Assembly (NCBI RefSeq): GCF_009914755.1
Contig: NC_060947.1
Length of the DNA stretch: 64,000 nucleotides
Source of the DNA: the human T2T-CHM13v2.0 reference genome, Homo sapiens
Direction: 5' to 3' (one strand)
The stretch's first letter is position 1, and each line of letters opens with the position of its first letter. A model generated the notes under the pieces. The model saw only the letters and a program-made list of their open reading frames with translations, searched no databases and was not told the DNA's origin. Shown piece by piece: positions 13,971 to 30,100 of this stretch. A program made the position numbers and the translations under genes.

Positions 13971-16147
13971 GATAAAATAGAAACAGTCTCATTCAGACTA
14001 CACAGAGAGCATATACTAAGATTTCTCATACCGTCAGCCTCAAAGCAACTGGTAATGTCTGAGACTAATAATATTGGCAATTTTATTAATTAAGACCTCT
14101 AGTGTTTTCTTTCGTTGCCTTAAGGCTTGGTTTAAAAAGATCACATGTAAGTTCATCTAAGACACAGGAGACAAAGAATAAATTTTAAATGTAAGAAAGG
14201 AAGTTTTAAATGATCTATTTTGTGAAAGAGGAAAAGATAGGGGCAGTATAGCCAAAGCATCATAGCAAAGAATTTAAAAGAATTTCTCCACAAACAAAAT
14301 CCACTGGTGTAATGACAGAGCAGAGGGACATTTTCAGTTTACCTCATTTGGTTTTGTCAAAGCAGTTCTGTAATCTGCAAAAAGTGGAAAAGTTTGGTGT
14401 CTGTTCCCTTTCCCTTGATTCCTTCAGTTATTATTGCCTCATTATACAGTCATTTGTACAATGTTTTGGCAGACATTTGCTGTTGCATAAATTAAAGTCA
14501 TGGAATCTCATTTTGCCTACAGGTCTTTATGAAAATAGCAGCAACATTTTTATTTGAATGTCAAAGTTTATCAACCATTAAACTGATTGATTTTTCATTA
14601 TACAATCCAATAGAATAGGCAATCTTCAGTTTGTATGCAACATTACTCTGAGAAAAAGACTCATCTTTGAAAAATCCTTCATGCTTATACTTTAAAAATG
14701 ATATTCCTTTCACAAGACAGCATCATGTTTTAAAGCTATCTTTATACATGAATTGCTCTATTCATATGCCTAGTACAGGTACAGCATGGTAATTCACCTC
14801 ACTGGAAAGAAAGAGCTTTTCTATTTTGTAGTAGCAACACCAGCCTTTAAAAATTATATTATATTTTATTTTAAACTCTCTCAGAAAGAACCTATTGTTC
14901 ATGCCATGTAGATTGTGACGCTCAAAAAATGATCAAATTAACTGTCTTGGAAATAGGAGAGGCTTTACACAGAACTAACAGGTCTCAGCAGCTGTGTTGT
15001 ATTTTCTACACAAATCCTTTAAAATGATCCTGAACTTCTTTTGTAGGCACACCTGTCATGGAAACAGTCTAGGCTAAATTGTAAGTTCATTTACCCTTTG
15101 GCTATGCCTCTAAAAATGTCAGCAAGGATGTCAGTTCGTGCCAACTACTGCTGGAGCAGCTGTTGGTTGGTTAGGAATGGGAGAGCAACCTTTATATTGG
15201 CTTATTTATTTGGAGCAAACAAAGAAAGATGTAAATTTCCACAGTCAGATCTTTGCTTCATTAAGGCAGATGTGTATCTGCTGTTTGTATGTCATATAAT
15301 CCCAAAGCAGAACTAGGAATAAAAATTGTCCTTTGTTTAAAAACCTCATTAAAAATGTCAAGAAGAGAGAATTGTCTAGCAGTAGGAAACTTCATGAGGT
15401 AGGAGGTCTTTTCTTAAATATTTAAGATATATAACTTCTAAGAGATGAAGTGGTCAATGAAAAATAACCTATATTGAAAAGGAAATGCTGAAAGAAAAGT
15501 AAAACAGTTCAGCTTGTAGAATCAATATTATAAAATGAGAACTCATGAAAGGAAGTAAGTGAGAAATTGGTGCTCATACCGTGCTAGGTTAGTAGCCTTG
15601 AACTTCTAAAAGTGTTGGTGAAGAGAGCTCAAAGAAACACTGAATTATTATATAATAGATCTTGAAAAAACTTTTACCAACTTAATAGACATGATGAATT
15701 TTCAGATATTATGTGTTGAAGATCAATGGCAAACTCTAGAGTTAAAATTATGACACATGCACTAAAATGAGCTTTCTGAAATGACCATCTTAGAAGTGGA
15801 AAGTCTGAGCTAAAAATGCTCTTGCATGCTTTCAGAGATCACTAGCCCTGCTTACAAATGACAGAAAAACAAAGTCTGGCTCATTAAGACAAGATCAATA
15901 GTAATACAAATAAGAATATGTAAAAATGGTTCTAATAAAAATTAATATCATTTCTGTGATCTGTCAGGTAACGTAAGCTTTATGCAAAGTTACAAAATTC
16001 TCGAGAGTATTTTGAGTTATGGTCACCTCGTTGCTTCTCTACATTTGCTTTATTACAAGCTTCTTCCTAGATCTATATTTAGATGCCAATAAGCATCATT
16101 ATTTATTTTTAAAAATGCCAATTTAAAATGTATTTTATTTTATTTTT

Positions 16148-17389
16148 TAAGGAATTTAATCAAATTTACAAGAAAAAAAAAACCCCAGTTAAAAATTGGG
16201 CAAAGGACATGAACAGACACTTCTCAAAAGAAGGCATACATGCAGCCAACAAACATGAAGAAAGTTCAACATCACTGATCATTAGAGAAATGCAAATCAA
16301 AACCACAATGAGATGCCATCTGAAACAGTTTGGCTCTATGTCCCCACCGAAATCTCACCTTGAATTGTAATAATCCCCACGTGCCAAGGGCTGGACTAGG
16401 TGGAGCTAACTGAATCATGGGGGTGGTTTTGCCCATGCTGTTGTCATGATAGTAAGTGAATCCTCATGAGATCTGATTGTTTTATAAGGGGCTTCCCTCA
16501 TCACTCAGCACTCATTCTCTCTCCTTCTCCCCTGGGAAGTGGTGCCTTCTGCCATATTTGTAAGTTTCCTGAGGCCTTTCCAGCCGTGCAGAATTTGTGA
16601 GTCAATGAAACCTCTTTTCTGTATAAAATACCCAGTCTCAAGTATTTCTTCATAGCAGCATGAGAATGGACTCATACACCACCTCACATCAATCAGAATG
16701 GCTATTATTAAAAAGTCAAAAAAAAAGATGCTGGCAAGGTTGTGGAAAAAAATGAACACTTTTACACTGTTGGTGGGAATGTAAATTAGTTCAACCATTG
16801 TAGAAGACAATGTGACAATTCTTCAAAGACCTAGAGGCAGAAATACCATTTGACTCAGCAATCCCATTACTGGATAGATACCCAAAGGAATATAAATCAT
16901 TCAATTATAAAGATACATGCACGTGTATGTTCATTGCAGCATTATGTGCAATAGCAAAGTCATGGAATCAATCTAAATGTCCATTAATTATGGACTGGAT
17001 AAAGACAATGTGGTACATATACACCATGGCATACTATGCACTCATAAAAAGGAATGAGATCATGTCTTTTGCAGGGACATGAATGGAGTCGGAAGGCATT
17101 AGTCTCAGCAAACTAATGCAGGAACAGACAACCAAACACCGCATGTTGTCACTTATAATGGAAGCTGATCGATGAGAACACATGGACTCATGTGGGGGGA
17201 AACAACACACACTGGCACCTGCAGGGGGTGTGTGGGGAGCGAGAGCATCAGGAAGAATAGCTAATGGATACTGGGCTTAATATCTGGGTGATGGGATGAT
17301 TTGTGCAGTAAACCACCATGGCATACATTTACCTATGTAATAAACCTGCACATCCTGCACATGTACCCCTGAACTTAAAAGTTAAAAAA
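16148..17389 (+). mobile_element. 5'-truncated L1 (L1PA11-13-like) interrupted by THE1
   Basis: [12 protein letters not shown] frame (ORF 16128-16370); 3'UTR gagagcatcaggaagaatagctaatgga...atgtacccctgaacttaaaa; candidate TSD AAAATGTATTTTA 16125-16137 / 17445-17457. Confidence 0.88.
16321..16678 (+). mobile_element. THE1C/THE1D solo LTR (MaLR)
   Basis: TG...CA termini, tttggctctatgtccccaccgaaatctcaccttgaattgt start, gaatggactcataca end; 5-bp TSD CCATC (16316-16320) / CCACC (16679-16683); L1 is colinear across it. Confidence 0.92.
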
Positions 17390-17892
17390 CAATAATTAAC
17401 TCTTCAACTAGGAGATTTTAATTTTATAAGAAAAAAAGTAAAATAAAATGTATTTTAAAATGAAAAACATTCCTTTACATGTAGGAATTTGTAATTCAAT
17501 GAAAAAGTCAAATAATGCTCCCATGAAGAACTCAGTCACACAAACAGGTTCCTACCGCATTAGGAAAAACAATATCAGAGCAACATAATAAATTATACAA
17601 AAAGGGGTATCCCATTCAGGTAGTGATGTATCAAACATGGTCATAAATTGTTAAAAGTGTTAAAATTGTTGATGTTAAATAATTTATGTTAAAAGTGTTG
17701 TGTTCCAGTTTCCTCATTTAGATTCTATTCTGACTTCTGGCATTCTGGGTCATTTTCTATTAAGAAAAGGAGAAACATGTATTTTTCAAGAAATGCAAAT
17801 AAATACTTATCAAAATATAAAGCATATTCAAAGCAATATTTCTAAGAATTACACATTGAATACATAATAAAAACATTATTTACAGTCATAAA

Positions 17893-18820
17893 GTATGCAT
17901 CCAACAAAGGTTTAATATCTGGAATCTATAAGGAATTTAAACAGTTCAGCAAGTCAAAAACATATTACCCTTTTAAAAAGAGACAAAAGACATGAACAGA
18001 TATTTCTCAAAAGAAGATATATAAGTGGCCAATGGACACATGAAAAAAGGTTCATCATCACTAATCATCAGAGAAATGCAAATCAAAACCAAAATGAAAT
18101 ACCATCTCACAACAGTCAGAATGGGTATTTTAAAAAGTCAAATAATGACAGAGGCTGGTGTGGCTTTGGAGAAAAGAGAATGTTTATGCACTGTTGGTTC
18201 TAATGTAAATTAGTTCAGCACAGTGGAAAGCAGTCTGGTGATTTCTCAAAGAACTTAAAGCAGAACTACCATTCAACCCAGCAATCCCATTACTGGGCAT
18301 ATAACCAAAAGAAAATAAGTCTACCAAAAAGACACAGGCACACATGTCCATCACAGAACTATTCACAGTAGAAAAGACATGGAACCATCCCAGGTGCACA
18401 TCAATCATGGATTGGATAAAGGAAATGTGGTATATATATTAGGGAATACTACACAGCCATAAAAAAGACCAAATCATCATGTCCTTTGCCAAACATGGAT
18501 GCGCTGGAGGACATTATTCTAAGCAAATTAATGCAGGAACATAAAACCAAATATGACATGTTCTCACTTGCAAGTGGGAGCTAAACAATGGGTATTTTTG
18601 GACATAAAAATGGCAATAAGTAGACACTGGGGACTACTGAGGAGGGAGGTAGGGAGAGGGACAAAGGTTGAAAAAGTATTGGGTACTGTGCTCACTACTT
18701 GGGTGATAGAAACAATCATACCCCAAACATTAGCATCATGCAGCATGTCCAGGTAGCAAACTTGCACATGTACCCCTTGAATCTAAAGTAGAATATATAA
18801 AACAATTAACGAATAAAAAG
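17893..18820 (+). mobile_element. L1 3' fragment (L1PA16/17-like)
   Basis: REMQIKT frame (18025-18213); 3'UTR gacataaaaatggcaat...ggttgaaaaa...atgtaccccttgaatctaaa. Confidence 0.85.
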
Positions 18821-18971
18821 GCAGTGTCCTGAGCTCCTGGAGGGCAAGTGTGACTGTGGCTACCCCAAGCAGGCTGTGAGAAGAACCTGGCCTTTTGCTG
18901 GTCAGTAAGAAATCAAAATGCGATACAAGTCAGGAAGCTGGTATCTCGTGTAGACACAGTGTCACAATTAC

Positions 18972-19730
18972 AGAATGGTCAATTAGATGCAGCTGGGAAG
19001 TGCCACTCCCATGGACAGAGACCACAATTTTAACTACACCAGTCTAACTTGAACAGATCTTTGGAGAGAAAGTGCTGAATGTGGTTGGAGAAAAGACACA
19101 GTTGCTGAGGCTGGAGAGAGAGGAAGCTGGGAACCCCACGTGGGGTGCCTAAATGTTACGGCAGGTTTCCATCACTGACCAGTGCCTGGGGAAGGGAACA
19201 CAGCTGCAAACACAAAGAAACCACTTGTAGGAATTTGTCTACCGCTCATTGCTCTTAAATGCCATGTACTGGATTGCAGCCCAAACTACAACACAAATAA
19301 TTAGTAATTCTGCCCCCTGCAAAACCAAGAGCAAGCATTGAACAACAAAGACCCTGTACAGACCTTAATCTTCTGAAAACTTCTAGAAACAAAGCCAATG
19401 AATATACTCAATTTACACCAAAATTAAAAGAATACCAGCCCTCAGGCCGGGCGCGGTGGCTCACGCCTGTAATCCCATCCCAGCACTTTGGGAGGCTGAG
19501 GCAGGCCGATCTGGTCAGTAGATAGCGACCATCCTGGCTAACACGGTGAAACCCCGTCTCTACTAAAAATACAAATAATAATAATAATAATAATTAGCCG
19601 GGCGTTGTGGTGGGCGCCTGTACTCCCAGCTACTCGGGAGGCTGAAGCAGGAGCGTGAACCCGGGAGGCGGATCTTGCAGTGAGCCGAGATCATGCCACT
19701 GCACTCCAGCCTGCACAACAAAGCAAGACT

Positions 19731-19761
<31 letters not shown>

Positions 19762-22700
19762 AACCAGCCCTCTAAGATGAAAAAGAATCAGTGCAAGAAC
19801 TCTGGCTATTCAAAAAGTCAGTGTCCCCATACCTCCACATGAGTCCACAGCTTCCCCAGCAATGATTCTTAACCAGTGTGAATTGTCTGAAATGACAGAA
19901 ATGGAATTCACAATCTGGATGGCAAGGAAGCTCATCGAGATCTAGGAAAAAGTTGAGACTCAATCCCAGGAAGCCAAGCAATCTAGTAAAATTATTCGAG
20001 AGCTAAAAGATTAAATGCTCGTTTTAAGAAAGACTACTTACTGAGCTGAAAAATTTACTATAAGAATTTTATAATACAATCAGAAGGGTTAGCAGAATAG
20101 ACCAAGCAGAAGAAAGAACCTTAGAACTAAAAGACTGGTTCTTTGAAACAGCACAGACAAAACTAAAGAAAAAATAATTAAGAAAAAATGAACAAAACCT
20201 CCAAGAAATATGAATTCCATAAAGAGAGCTGATCTACAACTAATTAGCATCCCTGCGAGAAAGGAAGAGAGAATAAGCAACTTGGAAAATATATTTGAGG
20301 ATATATCCATGAAAATTTCCCTAATGTCATTAGAGAGGTAAATATGCAAATACAAGGAAAACAGAGAACCCCAGCCAGATACTATACAAGACAATCATTC
20401 ACAAGGCACATAGTAATCAGATTCGCCAAGGTCAACGCAAAAGAAAAAATCTTAAAGTCAGCTAGAGAGAAGGGTAAGGTCACCTAGAGAGGGAACCCCA
20501 TCAGGCTAGCAGCAGACTTGTCAGCAGAAACCTTAGAAGCCAGAAAAGATTGGGGGCCTATTTTCAGTGTCCATAAAAATGATATTTCAACCAAGCATTT
20601 ATGTCCTGTCAAACTAAGCTTCATATGTGAAGGAAAAATAAAATTATTCTCTGACAAACAAATGCTGAGGGAATACATTTCAACTAGACCAGCCTTACAA
20701 GAGGTCCTTAAGGGAATGCTGAATATGGATGCAAAAGAATGACACCTGCTACCACAAAAGTACACGTAAGCATATAGCCTACTGACACTATAAAACAACA
20801 GTGCAGTTAAGTCTACATAACAACCAGCTAACAACATGATGCCAGGATAAAAATCTCAAATATCAATACTAACCTTGACTGTAAATGGGCTAACTACCAC
20901 ATGTAAAAGACACAGGGTCTCAGACTGGACAAAAAGATAAGACTGAACCATCTGTTGTCTTCAAGGGACCCAGCTCACATGTAACAACACCCACACACTC
21001 AAAGTAAAAGGGTGAAGTAAGATCTACCATGCAAATGAAAAGCAAAACAAGAGCAGGAGTCACTATTCTTATGTCAGATAAAAGAGACTTTAAGCCAATA
21101 AAAATGAGAAGGACAAAGAAGGGCATTACATAATGATAAAGGGTACAATCCAACAAGAAGCCATAACTATTCTAAAGATTCGTGCACCCACATTGGAGCA
21201 CCTAGATTCATAAAACAACTTCTTGACCTACAAAAAGACTTAGACAACCACACAATAATAATGGGAGACTTCAACATGCTACTGACAGTGTTAGATCATC
21301 AAAGCAAAAAAACTAATAAAAAAATGATGGACTTAACTTCAACACTTGACTAATTGGACCTAATAGACATCTATAGAACACTTCACCCCCAAACCACAGA
21401 ATGTACATTCTTCTCATCTGCACACAGAACATCCTCCAAGATCAACCACATGCTTGGCCGTAAAACAAGTCTCAATAACTATAAAAAAATTAAAATCATA
21501 CCAAGCACACTCTTGAACCACAGTGCAATAAAAATAGAAATCAATACAAAGAACATCTCTCAAAGCTACTCAAATACATGGAAATTAAACAACTTACTTC
21601 TGAATAACTCCTTGGTGAACATTGAAATTAATGCAGAAAAAAGTTATATTAACGAAAATAGGGACACAGCTTACCAAAATATCTTTGGAATGCAGCCAAA
21701 GCAGTGTTAGGAGGAAAGTTTATACCCCTAAACATCTTCATCAAGAAGTCAGAAAGGTCTCAAATTTACAATCTAATTTTCACCTAAAGGAACTAGGAAA
21801 AGAAGAACAAACCAAACCCAAAGCTAGCAAAATAAAATAAATAATGAAAATTAGAACACTTAATAAAATGGAGATGTAAACATTTATCCTAAAGATCAAT
21901 AAAACAAAGAGCTGGTTTTTAAAATAACTGATAGACCCCTAGCTAGCTTAACAAAGAAAAAGAAAGAGAAAATCCAAATAAACAGAATCAGAAATTACAA
22001 CCGATCCCACAGAAATACAAAAGATCCTCAGAGACTACTAGAAAAAATTCTATGCACACAATTTAGAAAATGTAGAGGAAATGAATAAATTCCCAGAAAC
22101 ACACAGCCTACCAAGATTGAATCAGAAAGAAACTGAAATTTTGAATAGACATTTCAACTTTTGAAGTTGAGTTAGTGATAAAGAGCCTACCAACCAAAAA
22201 ATCCCTGGACCAGATGGATTCCCAGCTGAATTATACCAGACATACAAACAAAAAATTAATACCAATCCTACTGAAACTATTCCAACAAGTTGAGGAAGAA
22301 GGGCTTCTCTGTAACTTATTCCATGAAGCCAATCCAATACCAAAATCTGGCAGAGATGCAATTAAAAAGAAAATCAGAGGCCAATATCCTTCATGAAAAT
22401 ATATGCAAGAAGCCTCAACAAAATACTAGAAAATTGAATCCAGCAGAACATCCAAAAGTTAATACCACAATCAGATAGGCTTTATTCAAAGGATGCAAGG
22501 CTGGTTCAACATATGCAAATCAATAAATGTGATTCATCACATAAACATTCAGAATCAAAAGCAAAATCTATAGGATTATCTCAATAAATGCAGAACAAGC
22601 TTCTGATAAAATCCAACATTCCTTCATGATAAAAATCTTCAACAGACTAGGCACAGAAGAACATACGTTAAAATAATAAGAGCAATATATAACAAACTCA

Positions 22701-23694
22701 CAGCCAACAGCATACTGAATGAGCAAAAGATGGAAGCCTTCCCCCAGAGAACTGGATCCAAGCAAGGATGCCCACTCTCACCACTCCTATTCAACATGTT
22801 ACTGGAATTTCAAGCCAGAGCAATCAGGGAAGAGAAATAAATAAAAGGCATCCACATAGGAAAACAAGAATCCACAGTGATTATATGATTCTGTACTTAG
22901 AAAACCCTAAAGACTCTGTCAAAAGGCTCCTAGAATTGATAAATGATGTTAGTAAAGTTTCAGGATACAAAATCAATGTACAAATATCAGTAGCATTTCT
23001 GAACAGCAACATTGTCCATGCTGAGAGTGAAATCAAGAACAAAATCCCACTTCCAAGAGCCACAAAAAAATGAAACACGCATGAATACAGCTAACTAAGG
23101 AGGTGAAAGAACTCTTCAAGGAGAACTAAAAAACACTGCTGAAAGTAAATCAGAGATGACACAAATAAATGGAAAAACATTCCATGCTCATAAATTGGAA
23201 GAATTAATATGATAAAAATGGTCATACTGCCAAAAGAAATCTACAGATTCAATGCTACTCCTATCAAACTACCAAAGTAATTCTCAAAACTAGAAAAAAG
23301 AACTGTTCCAAAATTCATATAAAACCAGAAAAAAAAAAGAGCCCAAATATCCAAAGCAATCCTAAACGAAAAGAACAAAGCTGGAGACATCACACTAACT
23401 GACTTCAAACTATACTATAAAGCCACATTAACCAAAACAGTTTAGTACTGATACAAAAACAGACACATAGACCAATGGAACAGAATAGAAAACCCAGAAA
23501 TAAACTCAGAAAACTCAGAAATAAAGCCACACGTCTATCACCATTTGATCTTAGACACGTGCAACAAAAACAAGGAATAGGGAAAGGACTCTATTCAATA
23601 AGTGGTGTTGGGATAACTGGCCAACCATATGCAGATTGAAGGTGGACCCCTACATTTTATCATACATTAAAATTAACTCAAGATCGATTAAAGA
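18972..23694 (+). mobile_element. Old L1 (L1P4/L1PA15-17-like): deleted 5'UTR, ORF1, most of ORF2, 3' end missing
   Basis: atggtcaattagatgcagctgggaag 5' end; ORF1 fragment 20518-20742 (LEARKDWGPIF); ORF2 fragments 21354-21710 and 22768-23073; stops abruptly after aattaactcaagatcgattaaaga. Confidence 0.88.
19445..19762 (+). mobile_element. AluY-like SINE
   Basis: ggccgggcgcggtggctcacg; AluY diagnostics cctggctaacacgg and gcgtgaacccgggaggcgga; long A tail; TSD ACCAGCCCTC 19434-19443 / 19763-19772; (AAT)n expansion in the linker. Confidence 0.92.
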
Positions 23695-23845
23695 ATTTTT
23701 TTTCTCATTGTGGTTTAAATTTGCATATATTTATTTATCTTTTTTTATTATTATACTTTAAGTTTTAGGTATTTTATCATATATTAAAATTAACTCAAGA
23801 TCGATTAAAGATTTTTTTTCTCATTGTGGTTTAAATTTGCATATA

Positions 23846-27121
<3,276 letters not shown>

Positions 27122-30100
27122 TATGCCTTCTTTTAAAAGCTGTGTTCATGCCTCACTTTTTAATGGGGTTGTTTTTCTCTTGTAAATTTGTTGAAGTTCT
27201 TTATAGGTTCTAGATATTAAGCCTTTGTCAAATGCATAATTTGAAAAAATTTTCTCCCATTCTGTAGGTTTCCTTTGCTGCACAGAAACTCCTAAGTTTA
27301 ATTAGATTCTACTTGTCAATTATTGCTTTTGTTATTATTGGTTTTGGTGTCTTTGTCATATAATATTTGCCTGTTTTTATGTCCAGAATGGTATTGCCTA
27401 GATTGTTTTCCAGAGCTTTTATAGTTTTGGGTGTTACATTTAAGTGTTTAATCTACCTTGAGTTGATATTTTATATGCTGTAAGAGAGGAGTTCAGCTTC
27501 AATCTTTTGCATATTGCTAGACAGTTATCCCACCACCATTTATTGAATGAGTCTTTTCCCCATTGCTTGTTTTTGTCAGCTTTGTCGAAGATCACGTGGT
27601 TATAGGTGTGCAGCCTTATTTTTGCGCTCTGTATTCTGTTCCATTGGTCTATGTGCCTGTTTTTGTAGCAATGGCATGATGTTTTTGTTTCCGTAGCCCT
27701 GTAGTATAGTTTGAAGTTGGATAACAATGGCTCTAGCTTTGTTCTTTTTGCTTAAGATTGCCTTAACTATTCAGGTTCCTTTTTGGTTTCATGTGGATTT
27801 TTAAGTGTTTATTCTACTTCTGTGAAGAATGTCATTGATAGTTTAATAGGAATAGCATTGAATCTGTCAATTGCTTTAAGGAGTGTGGCCGTTTTAATGA
27901 TATTGATTCTTTCTATCCGTGAGCATGGAATAATTTTCAATTTATTTGTGTCTTTCCTGATTTCTTTGAGTAGTGTTTTGTAATTCTCATTGTAGAAATA
28001 TTTTACCTCCCTGGTTATCTGTATTCCTAGGTATTTTATTCATCTTTGTGGCAATTGTGAATGGTTCTGCCTTTCTGATTTGGTTCTTGGCTTGGCTGCT
28101 ATTGGTGGATAGAAATGCTATGAACTTTTATACATTGATTTTGTATCCTGAAACTTTGCTGAAGTTGTTTACCAGCTAATGGAGCTTTTGGGCCAAGACT
28201 ACAAGATTTCAAGATATAGAATCATGTCATCTGCAAACAGAGATAATTTGACTTCCTCTCTTCCTATTTAGATAACCTTTATTTCTTTCTCTTGCCTGAT
28301 TAGCTAGGACTTCCAATACTATGTTGAATAGGAGTGGTAAGAGAGGGCAACCTTGTGTTTTACCAGTTTTCAAGGCGAATGCTTCCAGCTTTTTCCCATT
28401 CAGTATGATGTTGGCTGTGGGAGTGTCATAAATGTCTCTTATTATTTTGAAATATATTTTTTCAATATCCAGTTTATTGACAGTTTTTAACATGAAAGAG
28501 TGTTGAATTTTATTGAAAGCTTTTTCTGCCTCTATTGAGATAATCATGTAGTTTTTGTCTTTAGTTCTGTTTATGTGATGAATCATATTTATTGATTTGT
28601 GCATGCTGAACCAACTCTGCACCTTGGGGATGAAGCTGACTTGATCTTGGTGGATAAGCTTTTTGATTTTTGGTGTGCTGCTGGATTCAGTTTGCAAGTA
28701 TTTTATTGAGGATTTTTGCATCAATGTTCATCAAGGATATTGGCCTAAAGTTTTGTTTTTTGTTTTTGTTTTTGTTGTGCATTTCTCTGACAGGTTTTGG
28801 TATCAGGATGATGCTGGCCTCATAGAATGAGTTGGCGAGGAGTCCCTCCTCAATTTTTTTGGAATAGTTTTAGTAGGAATGGTATCAACTCTTCTTTGCA
28901 CATCTGGTAGAATTTGGCTGTGAATCCATCTGGTCTTGGGCATTTTGTTGATTGGTAGACTATTTATTACTGGTTCAATTTTGGAGCTCATTATTAATCT
29001 GCTTGGGGAATCAGTTTCTTCCTGATTCAGTCCTGGGAGGGTGTATGCGCCAGGAATCTGTACATCTCTTCTTGGTTTTCTAGTTTATGTGCATAAAGTT
29101 GTTCATAGTAGTTTCTGGTGGTTATTTTTATTTCTGTGGAGTCAGTGGTAACATTCCCTTCCTCAGTTCTAATCATGTTTATTTGCATCTTCTTTCTTTT
29201 CTTCTTTATTAGTCTAGCTAGTGACCTATCTTATTAATTTATTCTAAAAAACAACTGGTTTCATTGATCTTTTGAATGTTGTTTTGTGTCTCGATTTCCT
29301 TCAGTTCAGCTCTGATTTTGGTTATTTCTTGTCTTCGGCTAGCATTGGGGCTGATTTGTTCTTGCCTGTCTAATTCATTCAGTTGTGAAATTAGGTTGTT
29401 AATTTGAGATCTTTCTAACTTTTTAATGTGATCATTTAGTGCTAGGAAGTCCCCTCCTAACACTGCCATAACTGTGTCTAAGAGATACTGGTATGTTTTA
29501 TCTTTATTCTCATTAGTTTCAAAGAATTTCCTGATTTCTGCCTCTATGTCATTATTTACCCAAAAGTCATTTAGGAGCATGTTGTTTAATTTCCATTTAA
29601 TTGCATAGTTTTGAGTGAATTTCTTAGTCTTGACTTCTATTTTTATTGCACGTTGGTTTGCAAGTATGCTTGGTATAATTTCAGTTTTTTTGCCTCTGCT
29701 GAGGATTGTTATATGTCCAAGTATGTGCTCAATTTTAGAGTATGTGCCATGTGGCAATGTGAAAAATGTAAATTCTGTTGTTTTTGTGTGGAGAGTTCCT
29801 AGAAGTTTATCAGATTCATTTGGTCCAATGTTGAATTCAGATCCTGAATATCTTTGTTAATTTTCTGCCTCAATGTTCGGTCTAATGCTGTCAGTGGAGT
29901 GTTGAAGTCTCCCATTATTATTGTGTGGGTGTCTATGTCTCTTTGTGGGTCTCCAAGAACTTCCTCTATAACTCTGGGTGCTCCTGTGTTGGGTGCATAT
30001 ATATTTAAAATAGTTAGAGCTTCTTGTTGAATTGAACCCTTTACCATTATGTAATGTCCTTCTTCGTCCTTCTTGATTTTTGTTGGTTTAAAGACTATTT

